Shown here one piece after another: positions 8,759 to 17,884 of a stretch of 64,000 bases of DNA (position 1 is its first letter; each line of letters opens with the position of its first letter). The position numbers were made by a program, and so were the translations under genes. The DNA comes from Candidatus Binatia bacterium. Its GTDB lineage: Bacteria > Desulfobacterota > Binatia > Bin18. The notes below the pieces were generated by a model. The model made no database searches, was not told where the DNA came from, and was given only the letters and a program-made list of their open reading frames with translations. Location: positions 576,001 to 640,000 of the forward strand of contig CAXXHG010000043.1 of NCBI GenBank assembly GCA_963666315.2, read 5' to 3'.

Positions 8759-9841
8759 CTAGATGGACGGGAGCGTTTTTTCTTTGTCCTGATTTTTCGG
8801 GTTAGGGGCTGTACGAAAATAGCTCTCCCGGTCGGAAGAACGTACCACAATTTCCTTGATTTCTGTCCCCTGCAGGAGGGTGATCGGGATGTCGGCTCCG
8901 GCGTCACTGAGCGCCCAGATTTTTCGATAGAAGTCGGCTTGGTCTTTGATCGGCTTGCCGGCGACCTTGAGCACAAGGTCATTCGCATGCACTTCCGCTT
9001 GTTCAGCTGGCCCGCCGGGTGCCACAGACATGATAATAAGCTTATCCCGGAATTTTTCAGTAAACAGGCCGAGCCAGGGTTGGGGAGAGGCGGCAGTCCG
9101 TCCTGTGCGAATGAGATCTTCCAGGATGGGTTTGAGACGATCAACAGGAATAAACATATTACCGGTCAGCGCCTGTCTGCCGGGCAGAACATCGTTCACC
9201 AAGAGCGAACCAATGCCGAGCAGTTTACCCTCGGCTCCAATCAATGCAGCTCCGGCATAATGCGGATGAGGCGGGGCGGTGAAAATGGCATCCTCAAGAA
9301 GGTATTCCCAAGAGCCGGCAAATTCTCGGCGTGAGGTCACAAGAGTGGGACGAATCGAGGCGGGGGTACTATCGCTGACAACTAAGAGCTCTGTTCGTTC
9401 GGTCAGCTGTGACGATTGGCCAAGCGACATCGGTGTTACATCCAGCGGTTCCGTTGCACGCAGCAAGCCGAATCCGGTCCTATAGTCATTGCCAATAACG
9501 GTTGCTTGGATGCGCCTGTTACCATTCAGCATGATCTCAACGCTGGAAGCCTCGATGATAAGATAGCCTACGGTCAGAATATGACCTTCAGTGTCAATCA
9601 CGACACCGCTCCCGTCTCGCTCGGTTCCCAGAAACCGTGCGGTGCGTGCGCTGGCCGGTACTTCTGCATGGATGGTCACAATAGCGGAGAGAACCTCGTC
9701 AGCGATGGGAGCTGCGCACACAGCCTGGCCACCTAAAGCGAGAAGAAGGCCGAGCAGCCAGCCTGTGACAGTCGGCCACTTTCCCCGTCTCAGCCCGCAT
9801 TCGAAAGCGCGCGTGAAAACCTGACGTCGGTCTGTTTGCAT
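8759..9841 (-). CDS. Exported S1C/HtrA-like trypsin-fold + PDZ protein, probably non-catalytic
   Basis: Signal peptide, GSGVVID, LTVGYL, GAALIG, PDZ (PWLGL...PGGPAEQA...DLVL). Confidence 0.8.
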   Translation of the reverse strand: MQTDRRQVFTRAFECGLRRGKWPTVTGWLLGLLLALGGQAVCAAPIADEVLSAIVTIHAEVPASARTARFLGTERDGSGVVIDTEGHILTVGYLIIEASSVEIMLNGNRRIQATVIGNDYRTGFGLLRATEPLDVTPMSLGQSSQLTERTELLVVSDSTPASIRPTLVTSRREFAGSWEYLLEDAIFTAPPHPHYAGAALIGAEGKLLGIGSLLVNDVLPGRQALTGNMFIPVDRLKPILEDLIRTGRTAASPQPWLGLFTEKFRDKLIIMSVAPGGPAEQAEVHANDLVLKVAGKPIKDQADFYRKIWALSDAGADIPITLLQGTEIKEIVVRSSDRESYFRTAPNPKNQDKEKTLPSI

Positions 9842-9973
9842 GACAACACCCGCTGTTATGTTCTGTTATCTGGGTCTCTTAGCTTCTAGCCCGCTGTATG
9901 GGGCAGAGTCAAGAGGAGAGCCCTCTGAGCATGCTTCCCTCGATGGTACCGACGGTGGGCACCGAGAAAGCAG

Positions 9974-10933
9974 CTAGAGTAATTGTTCACTCAGGTGATG
10001 GAAGCTGGCATCTTCGGAACTGTACTCGCGGGTAGTGAGCAAAATGCCGAAACGCGGTCTGCCGTTTGCCTCTTGTTGCTGCTCGATTCGATACAAATGG
10101 TAGTGTGAACGCCGCTGTGGCCGGCGTCCAATGGCTGAAGACGCCCGGACTCCGACAACGGGAATCGGTCCGTGTGGTCCTGGAACACTCGCCCGTATGG
10201 TTTTGTGAATATGGCCGTGCAGAATGAGCTCGGCGCCGGTTTTAGCAATCACACGGCGAAAGGCGTCGGCATCCGTCAGCCTGCGACGGGCTGCCGTGTG
10301 CATCTCTTGCGGCGGATGGTGAATAAGAACGACCCGGCATAAGCGGGTTTCCGCCAGAGCGCTGAGAAGCTGTTCGAGTCGCTGCAGTTGACTCCGGCCT
10401 ACCTCTCCTGAGGCATACAAAGGCGCGGTTGCCTGTGCTGTTGAGACACCCACGACAGCAATGGGCCCACAGGTTCGGATAGTCGGGAAATTGGACGCGG
10501 TATGATTTGCGATATGATTTGAAAGAAGCGCAAGCAAGTCTGACGCAGCACTCGATAAATTGTCGGAGCGCATATAGTCGCTCCAATAATCCCAGGGGAA
10601 GCGTTCACTACTGGGTGTATAGGTATCGTGATTTCCGGGGATGAGAGAAACCTGTTGTGGACCGCCCAGCCGTTGAAGCCATGGCAGCGAGGCGGAGAAT
10701 TCGTCTTCCAGCGCAATGTTTGTCAGATCTCCCGTAATCACAAGGTGGTCTGGCTGCTGGGTACGCAAATCGGTGGCAAGAGCGGCCAATACCTCGGGTC
10801 GGTACTCCTTACGTCGACGCAAGGACCATGACAACGCGCCTAAGGCGCGCTTATTCAGGAATGCCCTAGGGTGTCGGAGACGGATTGGGGTCACGTGGAG
10901 GTCTGACAAATGGGCAAGTATGAAAACTGACAT
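9974..10933 (-). CDS. Calcineurin-like metallophosphoesterase
   Basis: AHLSDLH, TGDLTN, PGNHD, HHPP, LHGHIH; start ATG at 10933. Confidence 0.85.
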   Translation of the reverse strand: MSVFILAHLSDLHVTPIRLRHPRAFLNKRALGALSWSLRRRKEYRPEVLAALATDLRTQQPDHLVITGDLTNIALEDEFSASLPWLQRLGGPQQVSLIPGNHDTYTPSSERFPWDYWSDYMRSDNLSSAASDLLALLSNHIANHTASNFPTIRTCGPIAVVGVSTAQATAPLYASGEVGRSQLQRLEQLLSALAETRLCRVVLIHHPPQEMHTAARRRLTDADAFRRVIAKTGAELILHGHIHKTIRASVPGPHGPIPVVGVRASSAIGRRPQRRSHYHLYRIEQQQEANGRPRFGILLTTREYSSEDASFHHLSEQLL

Positions 10934-11005
10934 AATCCCTAAGTTATTCAGCCTATACCACTTCCCTAGGGTATGATAAGACCGCTCTTCCGCAGGAGCA
11001 CAGGC

Positions 11006-12223
11006 ATGAAGCAGGTGGCAGGCGCAGAAAATGTCCACGCGTGGATAGTCAACACGCCGAGCCATCCGAGCGATGCCGCCGACAGCCCTATCGAGATTTG
11101 GGGTCTTTCTCCGCTAGAGCGCCTGCGCCGCAGCCTACACGCGGCCGGCGTCCCTGACAGCTATATCTATACCGGCGCAGCCGTGCCGGCCAGTGCGCAA
11201 GGCGCGCCGGTTATTCTTGTGCGGGCGGATTACGTTTTCGACGAACGTTTGATCCGTGCGCTTATTGAACAAAAGCCGACGCGCGGCGTGGTCCTGGTCG
11301 ATCCAGATAATCAGACGGCAGTAGCGGCAGTGACAACGCGCGACCAGCTTGATGCGGTCTTACCTGTTCTTCTTGATGCAGCAGAAATCCCTACTGAGCA
11401 ACCCAACAATGTCGACTACCTTGAGCCTGCAGCGCTGGTCTCGGCCTATTCGTCTGCGCTGCGAAAATTCGATCCGCCGTATCTCCTTCCCATTCGGTCA
11501 GAGAAACTCATGCAGATTGAGAATCGTATTTTTGGCGCATCGTATAAGGGCATTACCGATGTGGTGACAAAGTGGGTCTGGCCGCTGCCTGCGCGTGCGG
11601 TAACACGACTTTTAGCCCGATTACACGTTTGTCCTAATGTGGTGACCGGGCTCAGTTGGGTGCTGGTGGGTGCTGCGACCTGGCTCTTTGTGCAGGGACA
11701 CTTCGGCCTGGGATTGCTGTGTGCCTGGCTCATGACCTTTCTGGATACGGTGGACGGGAAGCTGGCCCGGGTCACCTTTACCTCAAGTCGGGTCGGGCAT
11801 GTCCTGGATCATGGCCTTGACCTTGTCCATCCGCCGTTTTGGTATCTCGCCTGGGTGGCGGGATTGTCCGGCAGGGTCTCTCTTGCCGTCATCTGGGCTG
11901 ATCCTACGACGGCGATTATCATTGGCGGCTATATCATAGGCCGGTTGCTGGAGGGCCTGTTTGTGCTGGCCTTCCATATGGAAATCCACTCGTGGCGACC
12001 GGTTGATTCGTTCTTTCGTACCATTACCGCCCGCCGGAATCCTAATCTGATCCTGCTCACTCTAGGGACCTGCGCCAGCCGGCCCGACCTGGGCTTCTGG
12101 TTGGTCGCTGTTTGGACGGTGTGTTCTCTTGTGTTTCATACCGTGCGATTCGGCCAAGCCTTTGTCCAACGCTGGTACGGCCAGCCTATTCAGACCTGGC
12201 AAGTATCCAGGACGCCGGCATGA
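11006..12223 (+). CDS. cpgA: CDP-alcohol phosphatidyltransferase, CpgA-like
   Basis: YKGITDVVTKWVWP, DTVDGKLARVTFTSSRVGHVLDHGLD, ITARRNPN; SD AGGAG before ATG 11006; heads an operon with the kinase and cpgC-like gene. Confidence 0.75.
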   Translation: MKQVAGAENVHAWIVNTPSHPSDAADSPIEIWGLSPLERLRRSLHAAGVPDSYIYTGAAVPASAQGAPVILVRADYVFDERLIRALIEQKPTRGVVLVDPDNQTAVAAVTTRDQLDAVLPVLLDAAEIPTEQPNNVDYLEPAALVSAYSSALRKFDPPYLLPIRSEKLMQIENRIFGASYKGITDVVTKWVWPLPARAVTRLLARLHVCPNVVTGLSWVLVGAATWLFVQGHFGLGLLCAWLMTFLDTVDGKLARVTFTSSRVGHVLDHGLDLVHPPFWYLAWVAGLSGRVSLAVIWADPTTAIIIGGYIIGRLLEGLFVLAFHMEIHSWRPVDSFFRTITARRNPNLILLTLGTCASRPDLGFWLVAVWTVCSLVFHTVRFGQAFVQRWYGQPIQTWQVSRTPA

Positions 12224-13452
12224 GTCGCATGAGTAGACGGACGTGTTCGTCTCCCGTTTCTCAACTCAGACGCGTCTTTTGGACCGTGCCGGTTGGATTT
12301 CCCTATATCTTCAGAATTTTCGGAATTGTCGGAATCCTCGGAGTTCTCGCAATTTTGGGAGGAGTTCCCACATTTGGCTTATGGACGGGCTGGAGTGGCG
12401 ATCTCTTTGCCGCAGCTGAGCGCGGAAATCCGGCCGCCCGCCTACTGCCGGGAGAGCTTGCCCACGAGCGGTGGGATCTGACTGCCCGGTTCGATTCCGG
12501 CCATTTTCTGTTCGCTGAATTTTTGATCACCAACTTTGGGCTTGGTGATCGGAACGCTGCAGTGATTGGTCATGTCGTTCGACCCAACGGTCAGAGCCGG
12601 CGATTTCGGAACGGTCGGCGTGAAAGTCGATGGCAGCTCTCGTCAGATCGGCTCCGGATGGAAGTCGGGTCGAGTCTGCTCGACCAACGCAGCCCAAAAC
12701 ATCAGCTGCGGGTCAGGAAGAAGAGTACGCAGATTGAGCTGGATTTTTATCCGCGCGGGCCGGCTGTCTGGGCAGCTGATTTTCCGCCATCCGGTTACGC
12801 GCTGGATCTGCTTGATCCTGCTGCACGGGCTGAGGGGTCTGTCTGGGTCAAAGGCATGGACACGCCGGTGACGGTACACGGGACTGTCGCCGTCACCCAT
12901 AGCTGGGCGAATGAGGCGGAATCTGATCTGGTGCTGCGTCGGCTGGAATTCTTTTTGTTTCCGGATAAGCAAAGTGAGATGTCGCTCTACTTAGCGGATC
13001 TCACGACACCCCACGGAGCCCACAGCCGTTGGCTTGTTGTCAAAAACGGACAACAGGTGGTCCACGAGGCGCAAAATTTTCAGCTTACGTTTGACGGGAA
13101 TGTGAAAAATATCGGGTCCTACCATGTCCCCCAACAGTTCTCTTTTGAGAGTACAGCTGCCCATCCACACATAAAAGGCCGGGTTCAGCTCGACCGGGTG
13201 CTCCTGCTGTATAATCCTCTGGATGATATCCCGCAGCCCTTTCGCTTTCTGATCTCTCTCAAGCTGAAACCGCGTCGGGTGTGGCTCCTGTCGCCTTTCG
13301 AAATAATCTTCCAGCCGGACCAGGCGCGTGCATCAATTACGCTGACAGGCACTGGCATCACAAAAGTCTCGTTTCTCAACCCCTTAGCCCCCACCGCGAC
13401 CGGATGTAACGGTCTCGGTTTTTCAGGGATTTCGTGCGACTGGGCCTTTTAA
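12220..13452 (+). CDS. Membrane-anchored beta-rich hypothetical protein, possible AttH/Svf1-like lipocalin fold
   Basis: ATGA overlap with cpgA; one N-terminal TM helix; ERWDLTARFDSGHFLFAEFLITNFG followed by alternating beta-strand patterns. Confidence 0.55.
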   Translation: MSRMSRRTCSSPVSQLRRVFWTVPVGFPYIFRIFGIVGILGVLAILGGVPTFGLWTGWSGDLFAAAERGNPAARLLPGELAHERWDLTARFDSGHFLFAEFLITNFGLGDRNAAVIGHVVRPNGQSRRFRNGRRESRWQLSSDRLRMEVGSSLLDQRSPKHQLRVRKKSTQIELDFYPRGPAVWAADFPPSGYALDLLDPAARAEGSVWVKGMDTPVTVHGTVAVTHSWANEAESDLVLRRLEFFLFPDKQSEMSLYLADLTTPHGAHSRWLVVKNGQQVVHEAQNFQLTFDGNVKNIGSYHVPQQFSFESTAAHPHIKGRVQLDRVLLLYNPLDDIPQPFRFLISLKLKPRRVWLLSPFEIIFQPDQARASITLTGTGITKVSFLNPLAPTATGCNGLGFSGISCDWAF

Positions 13453-14432
13453 GCAATTGCCGGGCTGGTCTTAAGAAAGGCCACCTTGGCGCGCTTGGGC
13501 GCGTCCTTAAGGCTGCTCCAGATGTGGTGCATATCGAGACCGCTGGCAGCGAGGAGGTGCCCGAGGCGTTAGCCCGCTTAGCGCGTCAGGAAGTTACAGT
13601 GCTGGCTGTGAATGGCGGGGACGGGACGCTGCAGCATGTACTGACCGAAGTTTTAAGCAGCAATATCTTCGAGACGCTGCCCTGTATTGCCCCTCTGTGC
13701 GGTGGACGAACAAACATGAGCGCGCATGATATCGGCAGTCGTGGCAAGCCGGCTGCTGGCCTTGCTACGCTCATGAGTAGCGTGCAAGCGAATACGCTTG
13801 GACAACGGATTGTCGAACGGCCTGTGTTGCGCATTGACTGCGGGCCACACCAGCGTCCTCAATATGGGATGTTCTTCGGCGCAGGCGTCATCCAACGGGC
13901 GCTGGCTTTTAAGCATCAGCTGTATCCCCAGCAGCGCTTGCAAGGACTGTTTGGGGCGGGGCTCTTCTTGGGTGGGACGTTGCTGCGGATCGCGTGTGGT
14001 GCGCAAACCGGACTCCTGACACCGGACGAAATTGGGATAGGTCTGCACGCTGAGCATGGTGAGCAGTATGTGAATGATGAGTGTGTTCCGCTGGCACACC
14101 TGGAACGGGAACGGTTCCAACTGCTGATGGCTACAACGCTTGCGCGTCTTTTTCTCCGCATTCGCCCGTTTTGGGGACGAGAAGATGCTGCAGTCCGATT
14201 TACCTCTATCGCGGCAAGAGCGAAGCGGAGTCTTCCTGCTGTGCTAAAAATCTTGCGGGGGCTGCCACCTGCGCCGTCCATTAGCGCGAGCGGCTATTGC
14301 AGCCGAAATGTTGAGAGTGTGACCTTACACATGGACTGTGGTTTCACGATTGATGGCGAACTGTTCGACCCGGAGCCAGGACGAACAGTCCGTCTTGAGG
14401 CCGACCATAGACTCCGTTTTGTGCGAGCATGA
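13434..14432 (+). CDS. cpgB: Diacylglycerol/sphingosine kinase family, CpgB-like ceramide kinase
   Basis: VNGGDGTL, GGRTNM, GMFFGAG, FTIDGE; position between cpgA-like and cpgC-like genes. Confidence 0.78.
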   Translation: MRLGLLSNCRAGLKKGHLGALGRVLKAAPDVVHIETAGSEEVPEALARLARQEVTVLAVNGGDGTLQHVLTEVLSSNIFETLPCIAPLCGGRTNMSAHDIGSRGKPAAGLATLMSSVQANTLGQRIVERPVLRIDCGPHQRPQYGMFFGAGVIQRALAFKHQLYPQQRLQGLFGAGLFLGGTLLRIACGAQTGLLTPDEIGIGLHAEHGEQYVNDECVPLAHLERERFQLLMATTLARLFLRIRPFWGREDAAVRFTSIAARAKRSLPAVLKILRGLPPAPSISASGYCSRNVESVTLHMDCGFTIDGELFDPEPGRTVRLEADHRLRFVRA

Positions 14433-15433
14433 GTGATATGGACGGACCTGCAACATCCCTCGGTGCAGCACCTGACATGCTCCTGACCGAGCTCTTTTTG
14501 AAAGAGTTGACCCAGCCTGTTCCACAAGAAGCTGACATTATCGCTGCTGAAATTCAGCGCCGTCACGGTCAGGCCGTGGATGCCGTGCTTTTTTACGGCT
14601 CCTGCCTGCGTACTCAGCAGATGACCGACGCTGTGCTAGATTTTTATGTTCTGGTCCGCTCATATCCGGCGGCGTATGAAAAGCCCATACTGAGATGGCT
14701 GAATGCACTCCTGCCACCAAACGTGTTCTATCTTGAGATAGGACATGCGCCGCAGACGCTGCGAGCAAAGTATGCCGTTATCTCGACTGTGGATTTTGAG
14801 CAGGCGACTACTCCACGCAGCATTCCTGCCATTATATGGGCGCGGTTTTGCCAGCCCGCACGGCTTGTGTATGCACGCGATAGTGTCGTGCAAGAAAGAG
14901 TGGCGCAGGCAACAGCGCAAGCCGCGCTGACGTTCATAAGACGGGCGGTCCTCTTTTTCGCTTCTCCGGAGGGTGATCTGCCTATTCCCTGTGCCGACCT
15001 GTGGCACACCGGATTCCAAGAAACTTACCGTACAGAGTTTCGTACCGAACGACCAGAAACCATTCGTGCCTTATACAAAGCAAGCCCTGAGCGATACGAC
15101 CGGATAGCGCGGTGCGGACTCCAACGACTTCAACAGCAACGCGTGTTTGACCTCCAAGAGCAAGGCGGGCAGTGGACGCTGTCTATGCCGCTGCTTCAAC
15201 GGTGGACGAGACGCTGCGGCTGGACCCTGCGCCGTTCCTTGGCAAAAATGCTGTATGCTTTGCGGCTCTTCAAGACGGCGCTGACCTTTGGAGATTGGCT
15301 GCCCTATGTCCTGTGGAAGCTGGGGCGGCATACTGGGGTGTGGGTTGAGCTGTCTGAGCGGCAGCGCCGCTACCCATTGATCTGGGGCTGGCCGGTGCTG
15401 TTTAAGCTTCTTCGGCAACGTGTTCTTCGATAA
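14429..15433 (+). CDS. cpgC: Pol-beta-type nucleotidyltransferase-fold protein, CpgC-like
   Basis: VLFYGSCLR...LDFYVLV, LLPPNVFY, AKYAV, WARFCQP, TYRTEFRTE, YVLWKL.RHTG; ATGA overlap with the kinase. Confidence 0.65.
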   Translation: MSDMDGPATSLGAAPDMLLTELFLKELTQPVPQEADIIAAEIQRRHGQAVDAVLFYGSCLRTQQMTDAVLDFYVLVRSYPAAYEKPILRWLNALLPPNVFYLEIGHAPQTLRAKYAVISTVDFEQATTPRSIPAIIWARFCQPARLVYARDSVVQERVAQATAQAALTFIRRAVLFFASPEGDLPIPCADLWHTGFQETYRTEFRTERPETIRALYKASPERYDRIARCGLQRLQQQRVFDLQEQGGQWTLSMPLLQRWTRRCGWTLRRSLAKMLYALRLFKTALTFGDWLPYVLWKLGRHTGVWVELSERQRRYPLIWGWPVLFKLLRQRVLR

Positions 15434-16518
15434 CTGATGCAGATGTCCGGTGTAGGCGTATCCGTCGTATCAAGTGTCGGATCGCCGAAAGAATGCCGCG
15501 CTCGCTGGTTTGATTATAGGAAGAGTCCAAGGGCAAAGCGTCCTGCAGCTGGCGATGCAGCCCCCCCAGACTATGATAGGGGACATTCGGCAAGAGGTGA
15601 TGAAGCGCGTGATAGCGTAAGCCCACCGGCGCAGCCAGAACGGTCAGGACCGGCCATCCGCTCAAATTGATGGAGTCAAGCAGCTGTTCTGTCAGGCTCA
15701 GTTGCCGCCCGCTATTTTCATAGCGATGAGCGGCCAGGGTGCGGACTTGATTCAGCACCAATATACCGGCTGTCACCAGGTACCACTGCAAGATCCAAGT
15801 GGTGGGCAGGAGGCCCATCATCCAGCTTACGCAGGCGAACCAAACAACCAGGGCTGCGGCCGCTTCTTGAACGCGCCAGCGGGAGATCTGATGTTTGCGT
15901 GGCAGCGGACGACAATAGGCTGGGTTAATGACCAGGGTCGAGGCGCGCTGAACAAGCAGCTTGCGCAATGGAGGAATGCTATACGACAGAGGTCCCAGGA
16001 TACCCCAGCGAAGTACTAGTAAGGCTGGAACGATCAACACACCGAGGACAAACCAGCCAAGGCTGAGTATGTTTCCCTGGGCAAGGGGCGCGTACTCGGG
16101 GTCGTTTGCTGTACCGAAAACATTGGGCCGATGGTGATCCCCGTGGGATCCAACATACATCAGGCTGGGTAAGAGGAAAGGCAAGCCGACAAGGAGATGC
16201 CAGGCGATTTCGAAACCTGGCAGACTGCCTCGCTTACAAATGTGCAATTTCATGGATAAATAAGGTCGCACGGAGCAGTGCGACCAGAGCGATGACGGTT
16301 GCTGCGAAGTAGGCCAAGGAGCTGAATGGCGAGTGAAGACTCAGATAAAAAGCCGTCCAACCCACTACAGATGACAGCAAGAGATCAAGCCAGTAGATGC
16401 CAGGATGTGGCTGAAACGTCTTGAGAAACTGTTTGCGCAGCCGTTGTGCCAGCCGCTCGTCCGGTGTTGCTACGAGCAGGTCCTCAAGGGATGGGAGGGT
16501 TGACTCTCTTGGCTGCAC
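15402..16518 (-). pseudogene. Membrane fatty-acid desaturase/hydroxylase (possible CerH-like), +1 frameshift near 16236
   Basis: His boxes FIHEIAH, HGDHH, YHALHH split across ORFs 16234-16518 and 15402-16271; removing one T (cat ttg [t]aag cga) restores HLKRGSLPG. Confidence 0.75.
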
Positions 16519-16750
16519 TCTTTTTTCCTAATCTTGCCTAGTCCCGCCTAGTCTTGCTTACCCCCGCTCATAACAAAGCCGGCTTCTATAAGAGCGCCCT
16601 AGGCCGCCTTGTCAAGAGAGATCTCTGGGAAGTCGAAGAGGGGGTCAATTGAGTAACATCGTTATTTCTAGTAAAACAACTGTGAAGTGGGTATGCCCTT
16701 GGCTAAATCCGGAAAATCTGTTACCTACCGTGCGATTTCATCGTGATTCA

Positions 16751-17785
16751 ATGGCTTCTGTGAGCATCTTGGTGACAATACCACGTGCGCCGGTGGTGAA
16801 GGCAGATTCTCGCGTCCTTGTGACTGGAGGAACTGGATTCATCGGATCACACTTCATCGACGCGCTTGTTGAACAAGGCGTGCGACCGCGCGTGCTCGTG
16901 CGTCGCACGAGTAATGTCTCTCAGCTCTCGGCACATGATCTCGAACTTATGACAGGCTCATTAGAAGATTCCGACAGTCTGGCCCGTGCGGTATCTGGGG
17001 TTGAGGTTGTCATCCATATCGCGGCCATAACAAAGGCGCCCACAGAGAAAAAATATTTGCGCGCTAACGCGGCCGGTACCCAAGCGCTTGTTGATGCAAT
17101 GCGCTCTGCTGAGCCACGTCCTCGACGGCTCGTCTATCTCAGTTCGCTTGCGGCAGCTGGGCCAGTGTTGGATGGACAACCCTTCGGACCAGACGACGCG
17201 CCACGACCTATTACTGCGTATGGACGAAGCAAGCTCATTGGTGAGCAAGCCTGTCTTGCTGCGTCTGACGCATTCGACGTTGTTGTCTTGCGTGCACCAG
17301 TGGTGTACGGACCACGAGAACGTGATTTTTTCTTGCTCTTTCGTTTGGCGACTCGGGGCATTTTGCCTACGCCAACGGGACCGGACCGCGTTGTCCAGCT
17401 CATCCATGTTGCGGATTTAGTTGAGGCGCTGATCCGTGGAGCAACAATGCCCGACGCACGTGGCATCTATCACGTAGCCGAATCACAATCCTATGCCTGG
17501 AGCGAGATTGCCGCGTGTATGGGGCGAGCAGTTGGGCGCTCAGTCCACCTGGTGCGTATCCCACAGCTCTTGATGCAAATTGCCGCAGCAGGCAGTGAAG
17601 TCGGGGCGGCAATAATAGGACGGGCGACCATATTTAATCGGGAAAAAGTCAAGGAGTTACTCGCTCCCGGCTGGTTGTGCGAAACGGCACTGGCCAGGCA
17701 AGAGCTAGGATTTGAGGCCAAGATTTCGCTTTCGACAGGATTTGCTGAAACAGCAGCATGGTATAAACGCAAGGCATGGTTGTAG
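16751..17785 (+). CDS. cerR: NAD-dependent epimerase/dehydratase-family SDR, CerR-like ceramide reductase
   Basis: VTGGTGFIG, YLSSLAA, YGRSK, VYGPR; directly upstream of spt; start uncertain. Confidence 0.75.
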   Translation: MASVSILVTIPRAPVVKADSRVLVTGGTGFIGSHFIDALVEQGVRPRVLVRRTSNVSQLSAHDLELMTGSLEDSDSLARAVSGVEVVIHIAAITKAPTEKKYLRANAAGTQALVDAMRSAEPRPRRLVYLSSLAAAGPVLDGQPFGPDDAPRPITAYGRSKLIGEQACLAASDAFDVVVLRAPVVYGPRERDFFLLFRLATRGILPTPTGPDRVVQLIHVADLVEALIRGATMPDARGIYHVAESQSYAWSEIAACMGRAVGRSVHLVRIPQLLMQIAAAGSEVGAAIIGRATIFNREKVKELLAPGWLCETALARQELGFEAKISLSTGFAETAAWYKRKAWL

Positions 17786-17884
17786 TGTGGAAGGTCGTGG
17801 AGCCTGGAGGGGTGAGATGAAACCGGGACCACAACATGTCGCTAAAACTGACAATCTGGGATGTCACGGAGAGAGGGGGACGGG

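Noticed and set aside
16585-16615. TTGACA-containing promoter for the desaturase on the minus strand
   Set aside because: The best -10 (TATAGA) needs a 19-nt spacer; too weak to call.
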